A stretch of DNA of 63,996 bases, the filler included, from Chiloscyllium plagiosum (Eukaryota): NCBI RefSeq assembly GCF_004010195.1. It is 4 parts of one record of this genome, joined end to end, with 100 filler letters (N's around TTAATTAATTAA, not from the genome) between each part and the next. Parts side by side here need not be neighbours in the genome. Positions count along the whole stretch, not along the records: positions 1 to 14,702 come from NC_057715.1; 3 more parts are not named here. One strand, given 5' to 3'. Below the pieces are notes generated by a model. That model did no database searches. It saw only the letters and a program-made list of their open reading frames with translations, and was not told the DNA's origin. Positions 1 to 10,803 of this stretch are shown piece after piece. The position numbers and the translations under genes are program-made. Position 1 is the stretch's first letter. Each line of letters opens with the position of its first letter.

Positions 1-1468
1 CTCTTGCTGAGATATTTGTATCATCGATAGTTACAGGTGAGGTGCCAGAAGACTGGAGGTTGACAAACGTGATGCCACTGTTTAAGAAGGGTGTTAAGAA
101 CAAGCCAGGGAACTATAGACCAGTGAGCCTGACCTTGGTGGTGAGCAAGTTGTTGGAGGGAATCCTGAGGGACAGGATGTACATGTATTTGGAAAGGCAA
201 GGGCTGATTAGGGATAGTCAACATGGCTTTGTGCGTGGGAAATCATGTCTCAGAAATTTGATTGAGTTTTTTGATGAAGTAACACAGAGGATTGATGAGG
301 GCAGAGCGGTAGATATGATCTATATGGACTTCAGTAAGGCATTCAACAAGGTTCCCCATGGGAGACTGGTTAGCAAGGTTAGATCTAATGGAATACAGGG
401 AGAACTAGCCATTTGGATACAGAACTGGTTCAAAGGTAGAACACAGAGAGTGGTGGTGGAAGGTTGTTTTTCATACTGTAGGCCTGTGACCAGTGGAGTG
501 CCACAAGGATCCGTGATGGATCCTCTACTTTTTATGATTTACATAAATGATTTGGATGTGAGCATAAGAGATAAAGTTAGTAAGTTTGCAGATGACACCA
601 AAATTGGAGGTGTAGTGGACAGCGAAGAGGGTTACCTCAGATTACAACAGGATCTTGACCAGATGTGCCAATGGGCTGAGAAGTGGCAAATGGAGTTTAA
701 TTCAGATAAATGCAAGGTGCTGCATTTTGGGAAAACATATCTTAGCAGGACTTATACACTTAGCAGGACAAAGTCCTAGGGAATGTTGCTGAAAAAAGAG
801 ACCTTGGAGTGCAGGTTCATAGCTCCTTGAAAGTGGAGTTGCAGGTAGATAGGATAGTGAAGAAGGTGTTTGGTATGCTTTCTTTTATTGGTCAGAGTAT
901 TGAGTACAGGAGTTGGGGCATCATGTTGTGGCTGTACAGGACATTGGTTAGACCACTGTTGGAATATTGCATGCAATTCTGGTCTCCTTCCAATCGGAAA
1001 GATGTTGTGAAACTTGAAAGGGTTCTGAAAATATTTACAAGGATGTTGCCAGAGTTGGAGAATTTGAGCTATAGGGAGAGGCTGAACAGGCTTGGGCTGT
1101 TTTCCCTGGAGCGTCGGAGGCTGAGGGGTGACCTTATAGAGGTTTACAAAATTGAGGGGCATGGATAGGCAAAGTCTTTTCCCTGGGGTTGTGGAGTCCA
1201 GAACTAGAGGGCATAGGTTTAGGGTGAGAGGGGAAACACATAAAAGAGACCTAAGGGGCAACGTTTACACACAGAGTGTGGTATGTATATGGAATGAGCT
1301 GCCAGAGGAAGTGGTGGTGGCTGGTACAATTGCAACATTTAGGCATTTGAATAGGTATATGAATAGGAAGTGTTTGGAGGGATATGGGCCGGATGCTGGC
1401 AGGTGGGACAAGATTGGGTTGGGATATCTGGTCAGCATGGACGGGTTGGATCAAAGGATCTGTTTCCA
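1..1468 (+). mobile_element. CR1-clade LINE, 3' part of ORF2 (reverse transcriptase) and 3' UTR, frameshifted
   Basis: ORFs 42-779, 809-1168 and 1152-1511 carry CR1 RT motifs (NYRPVSLT, QHGF, DFSKAF, GVPQGS, FADDTK, ERRRLRGDLIEVYK). Confidence 0.95.
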
Positions 1469-1471
1469 GAG

Positions 1472-1942
1472 CTGGTGGGATTTGAACCTGTGTCTCCTGG
1501 CCCAGAGGTAGGGACATTACCACTGTGCAACAAATGTCAGCTATCTTCCACACAATCTGTTTTCTAATGTAATTTACACCTTGAGAGTAGGTGGTGGGGG
1601 GTGAGCTTGAATCTATGCTTCCTGGCTCAAAGTTAGGGACAGTACCACTGTGCAATAAAAGCTCTCTCTGTCAGATATCTTTGAATCACGTCATTTTGTT
1701 CTGCGATGTTATTACACACCTCTAGAGCAGGTAGGGGACTTGAACCTGAGTCAGAGGCAGGGACACAACCACTGTCCAACAAGGGTTTTCCCTGTCAGAT
1801 ATCTGCTAGCCTTTCTGAGGTATTATTGTACACATCTGGAGCAATTTTGAAGTGGGATGTTATTACATACCTCTAGAGCTAGTGGAGGACTTGAACGCGG
1901 TTCACCTAGCTCACTGGGCATGGACATTACCACTGCACCACA
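1472..1942 (-). repeat. Tandem array of four degenerate tRNA-derived (SINE-like) units, ~125-150 bp period
   Basis: Each unit reads on the minus strand (GC)ACAGTGGTAATGTCCCT...GGTTCAA(A/G)TCC (A-box/B-box-like). Spacers share TGTCAGATATCT and GTTATTACACACCTCTAGAG. Confidence 0.7.
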
Positions 1943-1949
1943 GCAGCCT

Positions 1950-2830
1950 CCCGGATGTGTCCATACACACGCGCACACATGGCTGGCACGCTGTGACGTT
2001 CCCCCACCAAAGGGCACAGGGGGCGCTGGCAGCCGAAGCCGCTCGGCAATCTCCGGAGGCGCGGTGCACTGTGGGTGCAGGTGCCGAAGCCGCTCTGCCA
2101 TATTTACCAGCGCCGCCATTTTGTCGCTGTTTCCACCGCGTCTCCGTGGGCGAGGCCTCGGGGAACCTGCGGCCGCTGGAAGCCCTGCAAGCCGGGGGAG
2201 CGGTGATACTCGAGCAGCGGGCGGGAAGCGCGTTCAGGTTGCCCCCGCCCAACGAGAGAGAAGAGGAGGGGGGGGGAAGCCTTCGACCGGAGCGTCCACC
2301 ACACCCGGTGGCTGTGGCGATGGGCCGGTCTCGGAGCCGCAGCTCGTCGCGCTCGAAGCACGCCAAGAGCAGCAAGCACGGCAAGCGGCGGACCCGCTCG
2401 CACTCGCGGGACAAGGAGCGGCCCCGCAAACGCTCCAAGTCCCGGGAGAAGAAGAGCCGCCGGCACGCGGCCAACCGGGAGTCGCGCTCCCGCTCCCGCT
2501 GCCGGACCACGCCGGAGCGTATCGACATCTTCGGCCGCAACCTGAGCAAGAGGAGCAGCCTGGATGAGAAGCAGAAGCGGGAGGAGGAGGAGAAGAAAGC
2601 CGAGCTGGAGAGGCAGCGCAAGATGTGAGTGTCGCCGTTTCCGCGGCCTGCTCCGAATCGCTGAGGCCTCGGCCTCGATTTTGACACCGTCCCGGAATGG
2701 TGTCGGGGTGGGGGAGGAGATTTCCTGCTGGGGGAGGGGCCTGTGCTGGCCCTGGGAGTAGGCTTGGGGAATGGGCAGGATGAGGACGGGGGGTGGTGGG
2801 AGGCGGCCGAGGGGCCCAGACCTGCTGCAG
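1950..2830. promoter_or_regulatory. CpG island / promoter of the ARGLU1-like gene, with a YY1 motif
   Basis: Abrupt GC- and CpG-rich segment in an AT-rich background. GCCGCCATTTTG (YY1 consensus) at 2112-2123, ~200 bp upstream of the ATG. Confidence 0.8.
2320..2624 (+). CDS. ARGLU1: Arginine and glutamate-rich protein 1 (ARGLU1)-like, coding exon 1 (partial CDS)
   Basis: MGRSRSRSSSRSKH...RIDIFGRNLSKRSSLDEKQKREEEEKKAELERQRK closely matches the vertebrate ARGLU1 N-terminus as I recall it. Good Kozak context (GCGATGG). Ends AAG AT|GTGAGT, a phase-2 donor at 2625. Confidence 0.92.
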
Positions 2831-4009
2831 TGTTTTGAGTTTGGTGATCGATCTAAAATGGCAGCCTCCCCACTCAGTTAAAGAAAGAGTGCCCACACTT
2901 TTATGTCCTTCTGGAAAATATAAAGGTCTGACTCCCACTTGTACTGGGGGGGGGTCGTTAGTACGTAAACCAGGAGTACCTGATCCTTCTGTGGTATTTT
3001 AATATTCGTAGTTTCTTTTATGAACTTCCCATATTCCACCCTGTGCATACCCTTACAGTGATTACATTAAGTCTGCTAATCCTTGGGTAAGAGTTTTGCT
3101 AATATACTGTACTGGCTCAGTGCATTGTTTTGAGGGGTTTTGGCAGGGTCATTCCCTATGAAAAGGTTATTTCCCACTGGTTGTTGAAGACAGCACATTA
3201 GATTGGATATCACTCTGGCAATTGAAGAACTTTTTAAAAAAAAAAGTTTCTGTACCATTAAGGTTTGTTTTCCAGTGGAAAGATATGAAATTGATCTAAA
3301 TTGCATGTGTTTGAATTCTGTAGAAAAATAGATCAGCATGTTGGTGCTTAATGGGTATTACAAACCCATTAACATTCTTGCAATATACAATTGTACAATG
3401 TACAATTCAGGTGGCTGGCAGTTATGTAGAAATAGAGTCAATGAGCAGCAACGAGTTCCACAGACTCTGACAAGATCTTCTTGGAGGGCAGAAACAAAAA
3501 GAAAAATGAATCAGCAAGAGGCCAAGATTGCTTTTCATTGTACAATGCTTTCCAAAGTTACACCTGGAATTATTTTAGATTAAAATGTGTGCTAAACGTA
3601 TAACTTTATATGTGTTTAGCTTGCAGTCTGCATACTATTCAGGTTTATATCCAGGACCTTGCAAATGCACTCTGCTGTTGCAGGTTATTCGCGAGATAGG
3701 TTTATATTCTTTGAGTCCAGAAGAATGAATGGTGATCTCATTGAAAAACAGTTTCTAAGAGTTGACAGGGTATGTGTAAGAAGGACTTTTCCTTCTGACT
3801 GGGGAATCTGCAGTCAGGATCTGGAGTTGATTATTTAGGACCGAGATAATTGTCAGTTCAGTTGAGATCAATATATTTTAGACACTGAATCAGTGACTTA
3901 AGAGCAATGGGGCAAGCTGAAAATGAGGTAGATATTGAATCATGAAGCAATCTTGGCCTCTTGCTGATTCATTTTTCTTTTTGTTTCTGCCCTCCAAGAA
4001 GATCTTGTC

Positions 4010-5280
4010 AGAGTCTGTGGAACTCGTTGCTGCTCATTGACTCTATTTCTACATAACTGCCAGCCACCTGAATTATCTACTTTTAAAGAAGTTCTCACCT
4101 CGTCTTAGTTACTCTTGTTAATGTTTCTGTCCCCTGGAACTACTCTCCCCTTAAATCTGTCATTAACACCCCTCTCAGAAAAAGTTATTGATCTTTCTGC
4201 CCATCTCCATCTCCCCCAACCCTTAATATCTTGAACTTACCTGTTCATTTTATTTCTGTAAATTCATGTTTGGATTGTTCCAATAAGATTTCCACTCCTG
4301 CCAGTACTAAAACAGTTCTAACCGAAGCCATAAATTTCATTTATTGTTTCTTTCTGTATGGTGTGTTATCTTTTCTTGACCTGCCAGCAGCCTTTGAGAC
4401 TTCTTTCTACCATCCTCTTCTCATCTATTTGTTATTCAGCTGTGTCAGACTGAACATATCTGGTTTCATTCTTCTTCCAGTCAGATCCAAAGCAATTGCT
4501 TTTATTCATATTGCAATGCCAGTGCATCTCTAAAATTCTTCAAAAATCTCCCCACCCCATTGCAGCAACATGTTCCAAATAGCTGAAAATTGTTGTGCCA
4601 CTTTCTTGACGTCCAGTACTGGAAGCAGTATTTTCCTCCAACTAAATATTGGGATTGGAAGGTTTTCTTCAGTTCCTGTTGCAAACTTTATTCCTCTGCT
4701 ACCAACTCCCATCACACTCCCTGTCAACTTGAGACCAGCCCAGCTCATTTGTACCCTTGTTATTGTATTTGACTCGGGTCAGTTTTTGACTACATGTTCT
4801 TGCAGTCATGAAGACCACTACCCTCCATGTGCATAATATTGTCTGACGTTTGGACGTAAGTTTGCTCGCTGAGCTGGAAGGTTTGTTTTTGGAGTTTGTC
4901 TGACTTTGCTCAGTGCAAGCTCATCTGCTGCTAAAACTCTTCTTGTGCTTATGATAAATCTCTTTGCCAAATCCTATGCTTTTCTCACAGACCTCCATAG
5001 ATTTGGGGTATTCAAAACTCAATATGTCATCCTAACCTGCAATAGCTTCGCATTCATTCATTTCCTGCTGACATGTATTTAATTCTGGTCTGCTTTGATC
5101 CCCTCTTTGACCTGGAAGCTCCCATCTCAACACAGTTGAGTTTTGTGCTCCCTCAGTTCTGATCTTGTACGCCACCTACTTTAATCACTCCATTATGCTT
5201 TTAGCTACCTCAGGCACAAACATTAGAATTCCATCCCGAAAGCCCTTGATGCACCTTTAAAAACTGCTGATCACTTTTGA
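4010..5280 (+). mobile_element. Ancient L2-like LINE remnant
   Basis: FLDLPAAFET in ORF 4231-4533 resembles the L2 RT motif LLDLSAAFDT; surrounding sequence is highly decayed. Confidence 0.45.
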
Positions 5281-6689
5281 GATGTTTACCACCTTTAGAA
5301 GACTTTATAAATGTGTTCAGTTCCATTATTCATTTACTGCAAAGCCATTTTTAGTACAAAATTAATTTAGTTTCCACTAGTCTGTTATCCCTGTATTGAA
5401 TTTGTTTACTGTGTATGCGGAGAGCTTGAGCTATAAGCATATTTCAGTATAAGGAAAGTCAAATGTGTCGTGGTCTGGCAATAAGTGATTGTTGCAAAAT
5501 ATGCCCAGTACACACATTTCTGGTGTCTCTGCTACTATGTAGACTGCCTAAAAGAGATTCTATTGAATAGAGGACACCCCCTTTCTTCCACGGTGTTGAC
5601 AAATCCAACCAATTCACCTCAATTTTGTACCTGCTTCCAACCCACCTGTTGCCTTCCATTTTCCTGCATGTTCTATATTGGTGAACTACCATGGCACAGG
5701 CTAAGGAAGTGGTAACAAAGCAAAACTTGTGGGGAAGAAAATTTGTGGGAGATTCATAGAGTTCATGATAAGAGTGCTTGAAAGACATTGAGAAAAAGAC
5801 ATTGCAAGGCAAACAGGGAGATTTGTAGGAGAGAAGTGGAAGCAATTAAACACTCAGTTTTGGTTTGTTTGGATAGCTGTCTGAGAGAACTCTGCTGCAA
5901 TACAATAAGATAATTTTAGGGCTGTAATCCAATTTTGGGATACAAATGTAAGCTGCATATAAACATGGATTAAGAAAGAAAGATGTTTGGTTCTCCACTT
6001 TTTTTGCAGTCTAAATACTATTGTCCATTACTGGCTTCCACTCCAGGGCTATTCGAGCAAAAGTTCTGAACCCATTCACTTATTTTGTTTTAATCTAAAG
6101 TGATGTTGCAAGTCTTCTATGTAGTTCAGGTCCATTTTGCTTGGGGTGGCTATTAAATTAGTGATGAAACTTGCCTTAAAATCAATACTGCTTATTGATT
6201 CTTTATTAAAATATAGACAATCTCATTTCATGCTTGTAAAATTAACACTGTACAAGGTTGATGTGGAATTTTGATCTAAAGATGTCTTGGGGGCTTGATA
6301 GTCGCTTTTCTCCTTTTTGAGTAATTGTGTGACTTGTTTAATGGAGAAATTATGTCGATTGTGAACTAAGTAGTCTTTGTTTCTTTTCAGAAGTATGTAT
6401 GTATGTAAGTGGAATATATATAAGTATATAAGTGGAAATTGAAGCAAAGTTAGAACTAATTCAGAAACAAAGGGGAATTTCTGTGCTTGAAAATAGAATG
6501 AGTACCAATCTGTTTTTGTCTATATATCTGCTGCTGTGTATTTCAGTTTTATTTAGATTAAAGATAAAGGTTTTTCAGTTCACCTTCATCTAACACTAAT
6601 TAAGAAGTGAAGATAAAAAGTAACGTCAGTGATCTATCACCTACCACTTCCTCCTCTAACTTTGCTATTGCTAGTGTTGTCAGCTATAA

Positions 6690-6820
6690 TTCCCGATGAA
6701 GGGCTTATGCCCGAAACGTCGATTCTCCTGCTTCTCGGATGCTGCCTCACTTGCTGTGCCTTTCTAGCACCACACTCCCGAATCTGATCTCCAGCATCTG
6801 TGGTCCACACTTTCTCCTTA
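6690..6820 (+). mobile_element. Penelope-like pseudo-LTR fragment with a mutated hammerhead core
   Basis: CCGATGAAGGGCTTATGCCCGAAACGTC...CCAGCATCTG, the same terminal sequence as the Penelope copies at 24.9 and 34.8 kb. Confidence 0.75.
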
Positions 6821-7576
6821 CCAGCCATTATCCCTTCCCATGTCTACCCATCTGATCTTTTCATGTTATTCATTGAGGTCATATCATTTAGTGAAAATCA
6901 GGTATGGGATAAAGTTCATTCCACACTTTGCAACCCCCTCTCCCAATCTCCACGTATTTTCCAATGAACTTGGAATTGCATCCTCTCTGATATTAAGTTG
7001 ACATTTCCCAAATAATTTATCACTTCAACTCTTCCAAGGCTGCTGGTCATTGCTGTATTGCAAATGATTGTATGCCTTGGAAACTCATAGGCTAAAATCT
7101 ATCACACCACTGTATCTGAACTCAATCTCCTATATTATTGGGGTTATAAGTTCCAGGAGTAGGAGGAAGTATCTTTAACCTATTAATTCTCACCTCATTT
7201 TCTCCTTCCCAACTTGCACAATAATGAAAAGATGTGCATTATTCAAAATAAAGTTTTGGGTCTATGAAATTTCAACAGATTTCATTGTCATTTGTGTGGG
7301 TGCTTTCTTTCAAAACAGCTGTGTGGCATGTCTCCTTCAAAGCTAGGATGAATTTTCCTAAAATCAAGTGTATCTATCGGGAGGTGACGTGAAATTAACT
7401 GGATTTGCTACTGTAAGCTTTGAAAGTGCAACAGTCATTTCAGATGTTATGTTGTTACCTTATTGTAATTCAGTAGCCCAGTCTTCAATTTCTAATATTG
7501 CAAGCATAATTTCTTAAATTATTCATGAGCTATGAAGTACATTATAACAATGCATCAGGAGTGAGAATGATGAATG

Positions 7577-7616
7577 AGTGTGTGTGTATGTGTGTGTGTG
7601 TGTATATAAAATATAT
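7577..7616. repeat. (TG)n/(TA)n microsatellite
   Basis: Direct reading. Confidence 0.85.
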
Positions 7617-9128
7617 GTTACACGTGAAGAATTAAGCTCGATTCAAGCAATACCTCTTTATATCCCTTCATCTGTTCTGACGAAGAGGTCAGTGGGTTTG
7701 AAATGTTAACTCCATTTCTCTCTGTAGATGCTGCAAACCTTCTGAGTTTCTCCAGTTTATTTCTGTTTCTGGCCCTTAACTCTTTTCTTCCTTTAACCAT
7801 TATGTAAAAGTGCAAACTTTGTTGGAGAACAGTAACTCCTGATTATTTTAATATAACTTATGAATGTTGAACCATCCCTGTTCTCAAATACACTTGGAGT
7901 AATCGCTGAACAGTCAGGATTGAAATATTTTCTTCTCGTCCTCCACATAATGGTTGAGAGCATTGTGACCAATCTCTTTGTTACTTTGGATGAGTGTTAA
8001 ATTTGAGCTGTTATTGATCTGTTTAATGTGGTGCAGCTTTGACGTGTATTTATCAAATGAACCATGTGAATGTTCTGGAATATAGTTTTTTGAATGCTGC
8101 TAAAAATCTCAAAAAATTGATCTTGGAGACTTCAGTTGGCAGACGTAGACTTCAAATGCAATCATGTTAGAAAAAGAACAGAAAACACTTCAGAATCAAT
8201 GTAGGGTGAATTAACCAACAACAGTATTTTATCCTTTGCTTAAATCAAAATCCAGATTTTAGATGAAGTGGTTGTCTATTTTTGTACATAATGTATATTA
8301 GCTGAGGCAACTATTTAACTCCTAAAATAAATGGTCCAGTGGTACAAGCACAAGTACAGGTCTAATGTGCCTGCTCTGCTCCCATATCCTTTTCTTTTTC
8401 AAATTTGTTCCTCATTTAACCCCTTTATATGTGTTGACATGCTGTCTCCTCCAGTCACCATCTCTCAGACATTCCATAGGTGCACCGTCCTACGTATTAA
8501 AAAAATGCAATGTTTCTGTCTCAGTCCTGACTTTCAATATACTTTTGTCTCACCTTTTTGTCTGGTACTTCCCTGGCCGATTTCACCTTAAACTTAAAAA
8601 GGCCTGTACTAATCAAACAATCTGCTCGCATCCTAATTCATTACCCATCATGCTCATTGACCTACTGTGGCTCCTTATCTAACATCACGTTTGAAATTTT
8701 TATCCTTGGTTTACTGTTTCTCCATAGCTTTACCTTTTTACATTCCACTGGTCAATTCACCTTCTGAGATCTCTGCAGTTACAGACACTTGTGCATGGCT
8801 GGTTTGATTCACTTTAACCATGTCTTAAGTTTTCTAGGTTCTAACCTTGTGAATTTCCTACCTAAAACTCTGGTTCTGTGCATCTCTCCCCTCTTAAGAT
8901 ACTTTATTAAGGTTTTGGTCATCTATCCTAATATTGTCTTGTCTGGTTCTGGTTCTTTTGTCACAAGTATTGCATTAGGATGCTTTGCAATGTTAAATGT
9001 GTCATTTAAATAAAGTTGTTCAGTATGTTACATTCAGTCTTCTATGAAAAGCCCCTTCTGTTTAGGAACCAAAAACATTTTCTATCTCAGTTTTTCAATT
9101 GGTCTTTGTGTTGCCTCACGCCAATTAG

Positions 9129-9447
9129 TGGCATGGTGGCACAGTGGTTAGCACTGCTACATCACAGTGCCAGAGACCCAGGTTCAATTCCCACCTCAGG
9201 CAACTGTCTGTGTGGAGTTTGCACATTTTCCCCGTGTCTGCTTGGGTTTCCTCCGGGTGCTCCGGTTTCCTCCCACAATCCAAAAATGTGCAGGTTAGGT
9301 GAATTAGCCATGCTAAATTGCACGTAGTGTTAGGTGAAGGGTAAATGTAGGGGAATGGGTCTGGGTGGGTTATGTTTCGGCGGGTCGGTGTGAACTTGAT
9401 GGGCCGAAGGTCCTGTTTCCACGCTGTAAGTAATCTAATCTAATCTA
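9129..9447 (+). mobile_element. HE1-type V-SINE
   Basis: tRNA-like head (GGTGGCACAGTGGTTAGC...GGTTCAATTCC), V-domain (GGGTTTCCTCCGGGTGCTCCGGTTTCCTCCCAC), CR1-like tail ending in (TAATC)n. Confidence 0.9.
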
Positions 9448-10705
9448 AAAAACTAGACTTCACACTTACTTTCTGAGATTTGTATGAGTAGGGTAAAGCT
9501 CAGGCTACAGAATATTCACACTATTGACTTACAAAGATTTCATATAGATTGACAATTATCTTTTAACTTCTATATCTATACTGAGTTCCTGATATTCTAT
9601 TCACCTTTTTATGACTTTATTTACTTGAGATGCTCCTTTGTCTTGGGAATGTAAGCCCTTGTCCTTTCTACATGATTTTATTTACACATTTGTGCTACGA
9701 TTTTGTTTCAGATACAGCAGTCTTCATACTGAGGTTGTATATATACCTCAGATAAACATAAAAGATCTCCAGGCACTATTTTAAGTACAATATTTTCTCC
9801 GTGTGGCTACCGTTAATTGACCCCAAATGAATATCACCAAAACAAACACTCTGATCATTTTCTGTTTGCTATTTGCGAGGAACTTGCGTTTGAAAATTGA
9901 TTACCATCTGTGTCTGCAGCTGTAACATCAGAACTAAGAAAAGGATGAAGCTCTTAACCTTCCTCTGCCATTCAGTAAAATTGTGGCTGACTATACCGTG
10001 CAAGATGGGAAATGGTGAGCTTGTTGTACTGCACTTAATTACAAATGTCATTTGACAAGGTTCCACATAAGGGCATTGTGCAGAGTGGGAGTTCATGGCG
10101 TCGGGGTAACATACTGGTAGGGTTAGAAGGCTGGCTGGCATAAATGAATCTTTCTCAGTTTGGCAAAATGTGATGAGTGGGGATCTGCATGGGGTCTGTG
10201 GTGTGCCTTCAACTTTGTAAATGTATATCAATGACTCAGATGAGACAGTCAAAGACATCATGGCCACATTTGCAGATAGGAACATAGAAACAGAAGAATG
10301 CCATTTAGCTCCTTTGAACCTGTTCCACCATTTAATTAGATCATGGTTGATCTGTGGCCTAAGTCCATGTACCTACCTTTGGTTCAAATTCCTAATACCT
10401 TTACGTTACAAACATTTATCTGTCTCGGATTTTAAATCTACCAAGTGATTCAGCATCCACTGCTTTTTGTGGCAGAGTGTTTCTTTATGTATAGAAGTGC
10501 TTCCTAACATCTTTCCTGAACTGGTTTGGCCCTCATTCTCAGATTATGCACCCTGGTTCTAAAATTCCTAATAGTGAAAATAGTTTATTTTTTATCTATC
10601 CTGTCTTTTCCTGTTAATATTTTGAAGACTTTGATCAGATCACTCCTTAACCTTCTAAATTCTAGAGAAAACTGGCCAAATTTATATAATATCTCATAAC
10701 ACAAG

Positions 10706-10803
10706 ACAAAGATAAAAATCACACAACACCAGGTTATAGTCCAGGTTATAGTTGTGTGATTTTTAACTTTGTACACCCCAGTCCAACACCGGCATCTCCG
10801 AAT
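10706..10803. mobile_element. Internally deleted copy of the palindromic Penelope-derived element seen at 44983-45186
   Basis: Shares AAAAATCACACAACACCAGGTTATAGTCC and GTGTGATTTTTAACTTTGTACACCCCAGTCCAACACCGGCATCTC. Confidence 0.75.

Noticed and set aside
1852..2319. 156-aa N-terminal extension of the ARGLU1 ORF, and overlapping ORFs on both strands
   Set aside because: GC-rich open frames starting at non-ATG codons; homology begins at ATG 2320.
9129..9200. tRNA genes at SINE heads
   Set aside because: They continue into V-domain and LINE-like tails, and no full cloverleaf is evident.
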